Shown: positions 41,887-53,287 of the stretch, piece by piece
Numbering within the stretch: position 1 is the first letter of the stretch
Layout: each line of letters opens with the position of its first letter
The notes under the pieces: generated by a model
Databases searched by the model: none
Told to the model about the DNA's origin: nothing
What the model saw: only the letters and a program-made list of their open reading frames with translations
DNA from: Chrysochromulina tobinii
Lineage: Eukaryota
Reading direction: 5' to 3'
Assembly (NCBI GenBank): GCA_001275005.1
Contig: JWZX01003385.1
Coordinates: 1-64,000 of the forward strand
Length of the DNA: 64,000 nt
Made by a program: the position numbers and the translations under genes

Positions 41887-43644
41887 GCAGCACTCGCAGC
41901 CGATGGACACGAGCAGCAGTAGCCGTACGCGAGCACGGGTGCCCGCCGAGAGCCCCGAGCCGGCCGCGCCGTCCGACCCGGCCGAGGCGGCAGAGGCCGC
42001 CAAGGCGCGCGGCAACGACCTGTACAAGCGCGGCGAGTACAGCAACGCTGTCGACTACTACTCGAAGGCGGTGCGGCTGCAACCCACGAACGCTACGTAC
42101 CGGATCAACCGGGCGGCGGCGGCACTGATGCTCGAGCGCGCGGAGGACGCGCTCTCGGACTGCCAGGCGGCGCTCGAGTCCGAGCCGACGAACATCAAGG
42201 CGCACGTTCGAGGGGCTAAGGCCCGCATCATGCTTGGTCAGCTGTCCGAGGCGCGCCGGCACCTCGAGCGGGCAGCGACGCTGCCCACCGCCGACGCGAC
42301 AGTCGCGACGGAGCTTGCGGGGCTGGGCGAGCTCGAGGCGTCGCTCAAGTCCGGAAAGGAGGTGCTAGAGCAGGCGGGTGGCGCGGCTGCGCGGGAGGCT
42401 TTGAGGCTCTTCACCTCGCTCTCGCAGCGCTGCCCTTGCTCCGAAACGGTCGCGTGCCTGCAGATGGAGGCGCTCATGCGGGCACGTCCCGACCAGGGGC
42501 CGCAGCAGGTGGTGGCCGAGTCGGCGCGCTGGCTGCGCAAGTCGGCGGACAACCCCGGACCTGCTCTGCGTGCGCGGCAAGAGCCTGTACAAAACAGGCC
42601 AGCTCGAATCGGCTCTCAAGCACTTTGCAGAGGCGCTGCGGCAGGATCCGGACCACTCGGCGTCTCGTCAGATGCGAGCTCAGCTTCGTCAGATCGAGGA
42701 GGCGAAAAAGGCGGGGAATGAGGCCTTCTCTGCCGGCCGGTACGCCGAGGCGATCCAAAAGTACACCGAGGCACTCGAGATCGACCCCGAGAACGCTGAC
42801 CTGAACGTGACGTTTTGGACGAATCGAGCGACGGCGCGCTTCAAGAACGGCGAGTACACGGCGGCGGTGGCGGATTGCGACGCGGCGCTCGCGGCGGCGC
42901 CGCGCCACATCAAGGCGCTGCTGCGGCGCGCGGCGTGCAAGCTCGAGCTCGAGGACTACAAGGGCGCCATCAGTGATTACGAGGAGGCGCAAGCCATCGA
43001 GCCAGAGGACCAGACCATCCGCCAGGGGCTGCGCAACGCGAAGCTCGAGCTCAAAAAGTCAAGTCGCAAGGACCTGTACAAGGTGCTCGGGATCACGAAG
43101 AACGCGACGGACCACGAGATCAAGAAGGCATATAAGAAGAAGGCGCTCGAGTGCCATCCGGACCGTTTGGGCAGGTCTGATGGCCCCTCATTGCCTGCTG
43201 TTCCGCATGCTGATTGCCCTCCCTCAATGCATGCTGACCTCGAGCATGCATCCGGACCGTCTGGGCAGTGCCCTGATTGCCCTCCCTCATTGCATGCTGA
43301 CCTCGAGCATGCATCCGGACCGTCTGGGCAGTGCCCTGATTGCCCTCCCTCATTGCATGCTGACCTCGAGCATGCATCCGGACCGTCTGGGCAGTGCCAC
43401 ACCCGAAGAGAAGGCCGTCGCCGAGAAGCGGTTCAAGGAGGTAGGCGAGGCGTTCGAAGTCCTCTCCGACCCAGCGAAGAAGCAGCGCTGGGATAGCGGG
43501 GAGACTCTCGACGAGCTCAACGGGAACGGCGGCGGGCGCGGCGGCGGCGGCTTTGGCGGCATCGACCCGTCGGATCTCTTCCGCGCCTATGCGCAGCAGG
43601 GCGGCGGTGGCTTCGGCCGGGGGGGCGGCTCCCGAGGCTTCTGA
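41354..43644 (+). CDS. DNAJC7: DnaJ subfamily C member 7 (TPR repeats + J domain); apparent +1 frameshift near 42556, intron 43175-43394
   Basis: TPR clamps KADGN, KARGN, KKAGN; J domain DLYKVLG...HPDRLG|SATPEEK...FKEVGEAFEVLSD; acidic tract and polyQ at 41750-41886. Confidence 0.88.
43209..43398 (+). repeat. 3 x 63 bp intronic tandem repeat containing copies of the upstream exon end
   Basis: ctcgagcatgcatccggaccgtctgggcagtgcc at 43239, 43302, 43365. Confidence 0.92.
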
Positions 43645-43880
43645 CCACCAGGCGCAACACGGACGAGACTGGCCGTTTGTCTCGTAGCGCGCGGACGGGC
43701 GCGCGTGTCTGTTGGGACAGTTGGGGCATGCTGCAGGGATTTGTACACGACCGACGCTGAAGCGACTCGCTCGGCAAGGCGCTCGTAATCCCGCGTGGCG
43801 CGATGACGTGCATAATTTGGCGTGTCGACGGCTCGCCGCGTGCTCACCGCCTCATTCGTTAGGATAACTATTCGACGCGA

Positions 43881-45622
43881 ATGTCGACTTCGTGTGAACG
43901 TCAAATTGAAACGCCCGTGTCGAGCGACGAAACTTCTCGCGACGCGACATGGGCTGGGAGTTCCCACCACTGGCCGCGACGGAGTCGCATGAAAAACGCG
44001 CAAGAGCTCATCAGCACGTGGTCAGGTCTTCCCGAGTGCTCGCTCGTCGTTTTCCGACACTTGCAGAAGACGGGCGGTTCGTCCATCGTGCGTGCCTTCC
44101 ATGAACTGGAGCGCGACATGCTATGGACCATCTACGGCTACTGGAGCCCATGTTGGCAAGGCCGCTCGCAGCTCGTGGCCCGTGGGCGAATGCGCTGGCT
44201 GCGCATCGTGCGAATGCTCGGCGAGCGCGCCAACTCGTCAGCCGCAGGCACACGCATGCCGCAGAGCTGGCTGCGCGAGTTAGAGTCCATGCCATGGCCG
44301 ACGCGAATGCTCTTCCATTTGCACCATCCAGACTCGATGGTCTGCGGTGGTCTCGAGTCTGTGCAGGCGGAGCTTGCCAAGCTGCGCCCGGTGTTACCTG
44401 CGCTGGGCTGCCGCGTAACCGTGGCCATGGTCGTGCGCGAGCCATGGTCCTTTTTTGTGAGTTGGTACTATTACATTGGCGCCGCACGCTGCGGCTGGTG
44501 CACCTTTGAGCGCTTCGTCGCGCTCAACCCGAACGCACAGTCGCACTTGACGCTGGGCGGCGCGCCGCGCATTTACAGCGACAAGCTGCGTGCGCAGCAT
44601 GCGCGGCACGACCCTGTGCTGCTCGCGCGCGTGCACACGATCGTCGCAGGCATCGACGTGATCGGCGTGACTGAAAGGCTTGACGAGTTCATGCTCGAGC
44701 TGTGCGACGCTGCCGGGCTGCGCGTGTGCCCGAGGCTGAGCGTGCGCAACGTGCGCAGCCCAGGGGCGGCCTTGGGCGCGCTGCGGGAGGTCGCGTTGCG
44801 CGCCAACGCCTCGGTGCTCGACGTACGCCCTGACGAGAGCTCAGGCTCGTTACACCGACGCGCGGTTGCGGTCGCTGGCTGGCTTGACGAGGCTCTGTAC
44901 AGTCTCGCCTCGACTCGTGCGCGCCGTCGTGGGCAACCGGACCGCGCGAGGCTCGAGGCGTGGCGGATGCAGCCGATGTTCGAGAGTAGCGGCTGCTTCG
45001 GTTTCGCGCCCGTCACGGCGCCCGCACACAGCGCGCGCAAGATGAAGCCGTCCATCGCATCTTCAGCCCGTTCCATATTAGGATCAGCCCGTTCCGAGGC
45101 CATGACGAGTGCGTTCCCCGTGGCGCCCAGAGACGGTGCGGGTGGGCGCAAGGAGAGCCAGGGCGTCTTCGCCGTGCCGTTTGAGCACACGTCGTCCCGA
45201 CAGCACGCCTTCGCCCTCGAGTTGATGCAGAACCTGAGCGTCGTTCCGATGGCAGAGCGCGAGCAGGTGAAGCGCGAGCTGCTACGATTCCAGGCCGAGC
45301 ACGCATGCAAGTGCTCACCACGGCGCCCCCCTTCCCCCCACAGGTGAAGCGCTCGCTGCGCGAACAGCTGCGATGCGCTGACGTGCGTGCGGCGCTGGCG
45401 GGTGTGGGGGCGCGGGCGACGCGCGACCTGCCCGCCGTCCTGCGTCCATGGTTGCTGCCAGAGCGTGCGCAGCCACTGCAGCAGGGGCACGGCGGCGAGC
45501 TGGCCGGGTCTGGAGATTGGCGCGAGATCGTGCAGCACCAGGGCGAGCTCGTCGCCATGTGCTGCACGAAGGTACACTATGCGCATGCGCCACGTTTGGA
45601 TAAGGCGAGCTGCTCGACGTGA
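43881..45622 (+). CDS. Sulfotransferase-family protein; intron 45267-45343
   Basis: 5'-PSB-like FRHLQKTGGSS; 3'-PB-like VVREPWSFFVSWYYY; IGVTERLDE; start uncertain. Confidence 0.75.
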
Positions 45623-45984
45623 GCCTCTTTCTCGACGTTTTAACGACGTAGTCGTAGAGACGGCCGGTCGGGGACGAGTGGTGTACCGGGTCGTACGGTT
45701 GCGTGTGGCGTGTAGGGGCGAACGAGAGTCGAGAGGAAGAATGCCTATTTCGAGCGTTGGGGAGGCTCAGAGATAGATACCTTCACGCTTACGACGTAGA
45801 ACTGCACCGCCACCCTAGAGTGCTAGAGGTACTATCAGAGATACTATGTAAACTTCAGGGTCAGAGCATTGGGCCAATGATTCGTCGGATTCGGGATAAA
45901 CTGAAAACTCGCGGCGACGGCGTGTTTCCCCTGTGGCCGGCAGGTGCGGCGAAGGTACAGGTGTGGGTTGACCACGGGTCCATG

Positions 45985-46575
45985 TTAAATCTTCCATCCA
46001 GCGTGTCCGAGCCCCTGCAATTTCGGTGGCGCTCGTCGAGAATGCACCTCCTGCGCGGATAGCCTCATCCCACGCTCAACCTCATCGCGGGCCGCCCGCA
46101 CAAGGTCGGCAGAGGTGTCCACTGGCGTGGGCAGGTACAGAGCGCGCTGCTGATTGGGCGACCGATATGTTGGTGAGCTGTCGCCCAGGTGTGCCGTGGC
46201 TGCCGCCATCACCTCCGCGCGCGCCATCAGCCGCTGCTCGCGCGCACCAATGATTGACCGCAGCGGTCCTACGCGAGCAATGTTTCGTCGCAGGAAGTCA
46301 ACATTCTCAGGCGGTGGGTCTACTCGAGTTGCCAGCGACGCCTTCAGGCCCGCAATCATCTTCATGTTGTTCGCCACGATGTGGTCCGCGACGGCCGTCA
46401 CGGCCTTGGCCCGCCGGACATGCGCTTCACAATCCTCCTTTTGCTGCCGCAGCGCCTCGCGCTCCTGCTCAGCCCGCGTCTTGCCCGCGCCGTAGGCCGG
46501 CCGATTGGTGGCGTAGGTCGCATACGGCGTCATCGAGTGTTCCATCGAGCAGAGTGGCATGCTGGTGAGCCACAA
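45985..46575 (-). CDS. Hypothetical protein
   Basis: 196-codon ORF with a helical coiled-coil-like segment; no recognised domain. Confidence 0.4.
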   Translation of the reverse strand: MWLTSMPLCSMEHSMTPYATYATNRPAYGAGKTRAEQEREALRQQKEDCEAHVRRAKAVTAVADHIVANNMKMIAGLKASLATRVDPPPENVDFLRRNIARVGPLRSIIGAREQRLMARAEVMAAATAHLGDSSPTYRSPNQQRALYLPTPVDTSADLVRAARDEVERGMRLSAQEVHSRRAPPKLQGLGHAGWKI

Positions 46576-46788
46576 GGTGCGGCACGAACAGCTTTCGAGC
46601 GCCCGGGGACTGGGCCTGGAACAAGCCTTCGAGGGAGGCGGATGGCAGTTAGAGTTTCAAGTTTCGACTTACCGGTAAAAAGACACCGGGGGGAGCCGGG
46701 ACACACACGGTAAAAAGACACGGGGGGAGCCGGGACACTCACGGCACACCGGTACTATTGTCAGACTTATAATCATATCAGTGACTGC

Positions 46789-47943
46789 TCACACAGGCCC
46801 CCTCCGTAGCATCTCCTCGGCCACCGCTGAGGGTGTCAACACGCCCACGTCCGTGATCAGCAACGTGATCAGATGGGGAGGCGTCGCGTCGCGTCGCGGC
46901 TCTTCCAGCATGATGGCTGTGGCGCTGCCAGATGCAGATACCCCCCCCGCGGCCGCGCTGCTCGTGCTCCTGGGCGGCATCGGCGCCGGCCTGGCACGCG
47001 CCCTTGTCTGCGCCGCCGCATCCACGTGGTGCGTCGAAGAGAACGCGTAGTGCGCTGCCACCGCGTAAAACGGGCGTCCATGCGCTTGCGCGGCGTAGGC
47101 CATGGTGAGCGTGCCCACGGGTGCGAGGACACCGCCATCGCCCAGGACGGCGTGCGCGCCGCACAGCACCAGCCGGCACTGCGCCATGCAGCGTGCCACC
47201 GCACCTGGTTCGATGATGCGCACAGGGACGCCTGCCTGCATGAGCTCGCTCGCGGTGCGGTGGCCGTCGCCGTCGGGCCGGCCCTCAGAGACGACGAGCG
47301 TGAAGTGCGCCTGCGCGGCCGTCCGTAGCAGCAGCTCCGTCACGTGCGGGCAGTAACCGTGGGTCAGCACACACGAGACCGCACCCGAGGCAGCGCCTGG
47401 TAGGCCGCCTGGGAGTGCTGCTGTCGCCAGGCTGCCAATCGAGAGACTCTCCAACGATGCTGGCATGGCGCTACTCGAGCTGTTGCGCTCTCGGGCGGGG
47501 GAGGCGATGCAATCGTCGAGGCTCGCGCTTCGCCCGCTCGCGCCGCGCAGCAGCGAGCCGAGCAGGCTGCTGCCGTTTGCTACCACGCGGCATGAGCTCT
47601 CCCCAACCAACTTCAAATAGCGATCGCTGCGCTGCTGCAACCAATCATGCAAGGCGCCACCATCAGTGGACGCACCCGATGGCACCGGACGCAGCATCAG
47701 CTCGAGATACGCTTGGCAGCCGAGCAGCACCTCATTGCGCCGTTGCTCGCTCGACTCGGCGGAGATCAGCTGGTCAGCAGCCGCACGGAGGCGCACCTGT
47801 GTGGCCAGCAACGTGAGCTGCGGTGCGCGGCAAGCATTGCGCATCTCGAGCGCGAGCGAGTGCATGGCTGCCACCGCGGGTGGTGGTGCCACCGGCTCCT
47901 GCACCACGACCGTAGTCGGCTCTTGCGAGCTGTGGGCCACCAT
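46789..47943 (-). CDS. EIF2B1: Translation initiation factor eIF-2B alpha-like subunit
   Basis: VLTHGYC, VSEGRPDGDG, VLCGAHAVLGDGG, GTLTMAYAA...PFY, DATPPHLITLLITDVGVLTPSAVAEE. Confidence 0.82.
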   Translation of the reverse strand: MVAHSSQEPTTVVVQEPVAPPPAVAAMHSLALEMRNACRAPQLTLLATQVRLRAAADQLISAESSEQRRNEVLLGCQAYLELMLRPVPSGASTDGGALHDWLQQRSDRYLKLVGESSCRVVANGSSLLGSLLRGASGRSASLDDCIASPARERNSSSSAMPASLESLSIGSLATAALPGGLPGAASGAVSCVLTHGYCPHVTELLLRTAAQAHFTLVVSEGRPDGDGHRTASELMQAGVPVRIIEPGAVARCMAQCRLVLCGAHAVLGDGGVLAPVGTLTMAYAAQAHGRPFYAVAAHYAFSSTHHVDAAAQTRARARPAPMPPRSTSSAAAGGVSASGSATAIMLEEPRRDATPPHLITLLITDVGVLTPSAVAEEMLRRGPV

Positions 47944-48461
47944 GAAAAGCGCAGGTGTGAACACAAGTTGGAAGAAATTGTGATGCCCAAAACTTCGAAG
48001 TGTCTTCCTAGTGCACGGCCAGATACAGGACGAGAGGAACAGAGGGCGGATAGAGGGCGGAGGCCGAGGCGGCCAGTGCGCAGTGAGTGAGTGAGTGAGC
48101 ACTCACTCACGAGGCGGCCACAGTGCTGCAGCGCACGTGGAGGCAGCGCACGCTCAGGCGCACGGCTCGCCAGCCAACTCCTACTCCACGTCCTACCGCC
48201 GACGCGCGACGGGGCCGCGGCAATACTCACGACTCAGCGCGCAAACGGCTTGCACCGGGCGCTGACGGCGAGCAAGGGACGGCGAGTCGCACCTTAGTCG
48301 ACACGTACATGCACGTGAGCCACGCGCTGCATCAGCACACCAGCCCCGTCTGCCGTCACGCCCGTGACGACGCGTCGTCGAGTCCGCGCGTCGGTGCTCG
48401 ACGTGCACTGAGCCAGCCGGGCGGCGCGTCGCTAAACCTAGAGCGATTCTTATGGGTCCCA

Positions 48462-49787
48462 TCACTTACCCCCCGAAGACAACTTGACCACTCCTGGCGT
48501 GGCCACCATCCCCTTGCCACGATAGGATGGGGCCCTGATTTCCCGAACGTTCAGGTCGGAGAGAGACTCGTGCGAGCGCCACTGTTTGAGGAAGCGATTT
48601 GTCGCGCGGCGCACATCGGCCGCCTCCAGCTCGGCACACTCGCCCCAGTACTTGTCGACGTCCTCTTCCTCGTCGCTTTTGTACACGACCGCGTCCGCGG
48701 GCCGGCGGACGGCATCGAGGGTTGTGAGCAGGCGGTTGTTGAACGCGCACTGCATCGCGTTTCCGGGCAGGTCGTTGGGCGGATGTACGCAGGGGTCCTC
48801 GAGGGCTCGTGAGACAATGTCGAGGGTCACGTAGGAGGTGCTCGTGATGAACCCCAGGAACGGGCCGACCCAATAGTTGGGGGCAATGCACGTCTTATCC
48901 GCGCCGCAGTTGGCGAAGTGCGCGAGGACGAGAGGGAAGACGACGATGAACAAATATGTCATGGCCGTGACGGCCTGCGTGTACGGCCACGGGAAGGGGA
49001 TGTCCTCGATCTTGCGCGCCTGCCGCATCCCGATACTCCCGTCGCCGAGAACCTGCCAGTAGCGCGAGAGCACTGGCGGGTCCGAGCCCAGACCGCCGTC
49101 GCAGCGCCGCTGTGCGCTGATGTGCATGATCTGGGCAAAGATGAAGCCGACGCGGTCGGCACTATTCTCGAGCGTCTGGATCTCGGACTCTGTGAGGCCA
49201 CCGAGCACCTCGAGCTGCTGCCACTTGGGGTCCGCACGGCTCGATGGCTGATTCATGCCGCCAAACGCACCCGGCCCCATCGGCACCGACGGCTTGCGCC
49301 CAGCTTCCGGGGCCTCCACCAGGTTGCTCAGGCTGTCATCGCGGCGCACGTACTGCAGCGCGAGCGCGTGACAGAGCGAGTAGCGGCGGGCCATGAGCAT
49401 CTGGTACCGCCGCCGCACCTCGAGCCACTTCGCGCCGGCCTCGCCATACTCACGCTTGTTAGTGTTGATGAGCTCATCGAAGGTGATGGCTTCGGTGAAC
49501 GCGTCGCCCCACTTGCCTGACATCAAGGTGAGAGCGGTGGCGCACTCCCAGAAGCGGTTGTACGCAACTTGGGTGCGGAAGACAAGCGCAAACGCCGAGA
49601 TGTACGCAAACGGCTGGAATGGGTAAGGGTGCTGCATCAGGTTGCTCAAAACCGACGCGGGCACGAACAACTCGATCAGGAGCGTGAAGATGGCGGTATA
49701 CAGCCCAAAGGGAATCGCCTGGGGGATGGCCGAGCCTGTCAACCGAAACATGTGCAGAAAGGGCGTGCCTTTGCGGTAGATCAGCAT
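48462..49787 (-). CDS. Bestrophin-like anion channel
   Basis: ALVFRTQVAYNRFWE, KIEDIPFPWPY, LEDPCVHPPNDLP; four hydrophobic segments. Confidence 0.85.
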   Translation of the reverse strand: MLIYRKGTPFLHMFRLTGSAIPQAIPFGLYTAIFTLLIELFVPASVLSNLMQHPYPFQPFAYISAFALVFRTQVAYNRFWECATALTLMSGKWGDAFTEAITFDELINTNKREYGEAGAKWLEVRRRYQMLMARRYSLCHALALQYVRRDDSLSNLVEAPEAGRKPSVPMGPGAFGGMNQPSSRADPKWQQLEVLGGLTESEIQTLENSADRVGFIFAQIMHISAQRRCDGGLGSDPPVLSRYWQVLGDGSIGMRQARKIEDIPFPWPYTQAVTAMTYLFIVVFPLVLAHFANCGADKTCIAPNYWVGPFLGFITSTSYVTLDIVSRALEDPCVHPPNDLPGNAMQCAFNNRLLTTLDAVRRPADAVVYKSDEEEDVDKYWGECAELEAADVRRATNRFLKQWRSHESLSDLNVREIRAPSYRGKGMVATPGVVKLSSGGK

Positions 49788-50354
49788 GGTTGCTGGGCGG
49801 CCTGAACACGGTTGCGCAGGTGAAGAAGATCGGCACTCGGCAGCTTCGCGTGAATATGCAGAGCGTCGTGTTGGGCGACATCTCGACGCCGCAGAGAGGA
49901 CTCGTCTGCCCCCTTTTGTTCCTGACCAGGTTTAACCAGGTTTACTGTAACTATCGATTATCCAAACATGTAATGAGGTTTTCAGCCCAAAAGCCCGCGT
50001 GAATCTTATGAATCGACATGAAATATCGACCGACTGACCCTTCAAAGCACGAGGGCCCAAAGCTAACAACAGAGACGGGGCGCTGGAGAGAAAGATACGG
50101 TAAGGGCTGGCAGGGGTGATGCTCGATTGCTTCGTTGGCTGCGCTGCGGCCGCCCGCCTCACGCGCCACGAACATCTGGTCGACGGTACGACGCCTCTCC
50201 CTCTGGTCGCCCGGGCATTCACACACGCAAAACGCAAAACTCGCTCCACTATGTGTGTAGTGTACAAACAATGGCGCGTACGATATTTTGCGCCCGTACT
50301 TGTAAGCGAACGTATACATGTAACGATGTGATGACTTTTGATGTCAACGACCGA

Positions 50355-53287
50355 TCATGCAGTCAACTGAACTACCAATAATTTCCCCTTCGACGTGGCC
50401 CTTTTGATTATAGGGGGCGTTTGTAGAGGCGGCACTTGGGGCCTCTCAGCTGGAGGTGAGGCTTGCCGCGCAGCGGGGAGCGAGCCTTGCCGCGGTGTCC
50501 TGGCAAGGGGCTCGGTGGCTGATGCGTTCTCCGAGCGGTCTCCGATGCGGTCGGTTGCCAAGCCAGCCATTGCCGAGGGTACATGCTGCGCCGTCGGCAG
50601 TGGCAGCCTAACATGGCCTTCTACCGCTTCCTGGAGCGCAAGAAGCTGCGCCGAAAGTGCTCGCATGCCATCGACGACCGTTGTGTCGAGCGCATGTTGC
50701 TTCTGTGTGACAGCCTGCAGCTCGATCTGCAGCTTGGCATGGGCCTGCTCCAAAAGCTTCTCCATCTCCACCAGCGGCTCCGCCTGCATCAGCGCCGCCC
50801 GTCGTATCTTTTGCGCTCCGAAGAGCCTCGCGGCCTCCTCGATCTCGATCTGGTGCGCCTTCTCCTCTCGTTCTTTGGTGATCCGCTTCTCTCGCGTCGA
50901 CTCGCGGCGTCGCGCTTGCGACGACTTATCTTTCGAAATCCGTGATATTTGCCGTCGGGAGACCGATCGCAACTGCGCATCGACCACAGCCGGAGTAGAC
51001 TGCATATCGACCACCTCTGATACCGTTTCATTGTTGCCGTCATCCATCCACCACTCGCTGGTCTCCTTCACACCCTTCGAGTGGCGCCCAAGCGTGCCCA
51101 CGTGCGTGAGGCCGGGCTTGCCGTACAGAGGGTAATTGCGCCCAAAGAACGTCAGCCCTTGCCCGAACATGGCGAGCTCCGCGGCGTGCACGATCATGCG
51201 GCGGCATGCCCAACGTAAGCGCACTCGGTCCAGTTTCTTACTCAGCTCGGGGAGGCTCGCGAAGATGGATGCGAGGGACGATGGATCCATCACGTACAGT
51301 GTGATGTAGCTCATCGCTAGAGCCGACACATGCAGCTGAAGCGACTCGTTGCCCAGTAAGATGTCCTCTCCCCATGCCACCGTCGCGCGCTTCACTTTGC
51401 CAGCGTAGAGAGCGACGCCGCGATTCAGTATGTACATGTAGCCCGGCGGCACGTGCTCACCTTGCGGCAGCATGAGCAGGCGCAGCTTGCTTGCCAGCTC
51501 GATCTTGAGCACGGGGTGTTGCTCATGCACATACCACACGCAATCGAGACGATGCGCCGACACGTTCATGGCCACCTCGCCTTGGAGAGACTGTGTGGGC
51601 ATGGGGCAGTCACACACACTCTCAGAGCCCAGCGCAGTCAGAGGGCGCACAGTCAGAGCGCAATGACAGCGCGCTGTCAGAGCGCGATCAATCCTCACAT
51701 CAATCTTCTCATCTCACCGGCGAGAAGAGATCCATCAAGACATGAGCCTTGTGTTCCTTGAAGGCTTCGTTCGCCTCAAAGATGTACTCGCGCAGTCGGT
51801 AGCGGAGGAAGCTTGGCAGCCCCGCGTCATGCATGAACGCGTTGAGGGTGCTCAATCGCTCCCGCTTCTCTCGCGTATCCGGATCGATGGACGCCGCGAG
51901 CCCGCAGAAGGTGCCCACCAAATTGGCCCAAAGGAGTCCGCCGAAGAGGACCATGCACGTACAGACTGCGCGGGCACACAGGACGTGGGTTGGTGCGCTG
52001 AGTCAGGTAAGAGGTCAGACGGACCTGAGTGCTGAGACGGACCTCAAGGTTGGGCACAGCGCGCACACAAGCGGAAGGTAGGGCATGCAGCCAGTATGCA
52101 GCCAGGGAGGGGATCTCGATAGGGCATGCAGCCAGGGAGGGGATCTCGATAGGGCATGCAGCCAGGGAGGGGATCTCGACTCAGAGTGTCACTCCACAGC
52201 ACACTCTATCTCCACTCACAACTCAGGCTCACGCACTGATTTGTTCGACGCTGTTATGGCGCGAGGCGCTCACGTCACCGTAGCCAACGCTCACGATTGT
52301 CACCGTCGCGAAGTAGATCGAGATGATGTACGACTCGAAAGCGCCCTTGCATATGGTGCCGCCCGAGCACTCGAGCGCATTGCAGCTCTGAAAGTCGCAC
52401 TGCATGTTGGAGGGGCAGGTTGCGAGCAGAGCTCGGGCTTCGACAGGGCTGACTGTGCACGCCGATCCCGCGTCCTGCACGCCGCTCCCAGAGTCTCCCT
52501 CGAAGCAGAGTGGAGTGCAAAAACCGATGGTGCCCAGCCAGGTGCCAAGTGGATTAAAGCTTGCCTGGAGGCCCCATATGCATGCAAACCAATGGATCGT
52601 CGTCAGAATCGACACAAGCGTCTGTACCAGGCCGAGGTACGCGTAGTTGATGCTCATGCGCTTCTCCCAGCGCAGCAGCATGCGCGAGCCGCGCAGGAGA
52701 CGTATGAGCTTGATGAGACGAAGCGCACGCAGTGAGCGGAGTGCAAAGAGGTCGGGAGTCGCGTTGTCTCCGCCGCCGCCGCCGGTGATGTCAAGAACAG
52801 AGGTGGCGATGGCGAGCAAGTCGAGCAGAAACCACCACGATGTTGAATAATGAAAAACAATCTCTCGCGCGTTGAAAACCCAACGCTTGCCCGAGCGCTC
52901 GATGATGTTATCCTCTTCATACCCCAAGCAAAACTGCAGGAGCATGTCACTGAGAAACACGCTGTCGATGGCGCGATTCACCAAGAAGAGAACGTTCGAG
53001 TCACGCTCGTCGGGAGGCACCGGCGACAAGAACCCGACCTCGAAGGGTGTGACGAAGGCGGTGAATATGAGGGCGAGCGACGCTATGAAGTCCCAATAGC
53101 CGATGCCCCGGCTGGTCCGCGGGTCTATGACCCATGGCATTCTTGTCGCAGTGTTCGGGTCGGTCTTCTTCTGGTGGTACATGTTCAATAGTTTTGTGCG
53201 CGTGGTTTCCTTGCTGAGCTTCTTCCCCTTGTGCTGATGCACTCCCTCTACGCGCATGATTTCGTAGTCGTGGGTCGTGCCGGGCAC
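50355..53287 (-). CDS. Voltage-gated K+ channel with C-linker/cNMP-binding domain (KCNH/CNG-like), 3 exons
   Basis: S4 LRSLRALRLIKLIRLLR; filter TIVSVGYGD; C-linker LNAFMHDAGLP..LR.RLREY; YMYILNRG...WGED; introns 51966-52236 and 51591-51717. Confidence 0.88.

Larger units (their letters stand above)
4869..45343 (+). mobile_element. Dispersed intron 3' cassette family A (introner-like); copies at 4869, 5020, 5058, 5461, 6731, 7455, 11518, 45303
   Basis: Near-identical GCATGC(A/C/G)AGTGCTCACCAC(G/A)GCGC followed by a pyrimidine tract and acceptor (mostly CCCCACAG) in introns of three unrelated genes; mobility is inferred; coordinates span the dispersed copies. Confidence 0.7.

Noticed and set aside
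48083..48110. gtgagtgag/ctcactcac hairpin as an ncRNA
   Set aside because: Better explained as the donor (GTGAGT) plus a ctca microsatellite of a probable 5' intron (about 48008-48110) of the minus-strand eIF2B-alpha gene.
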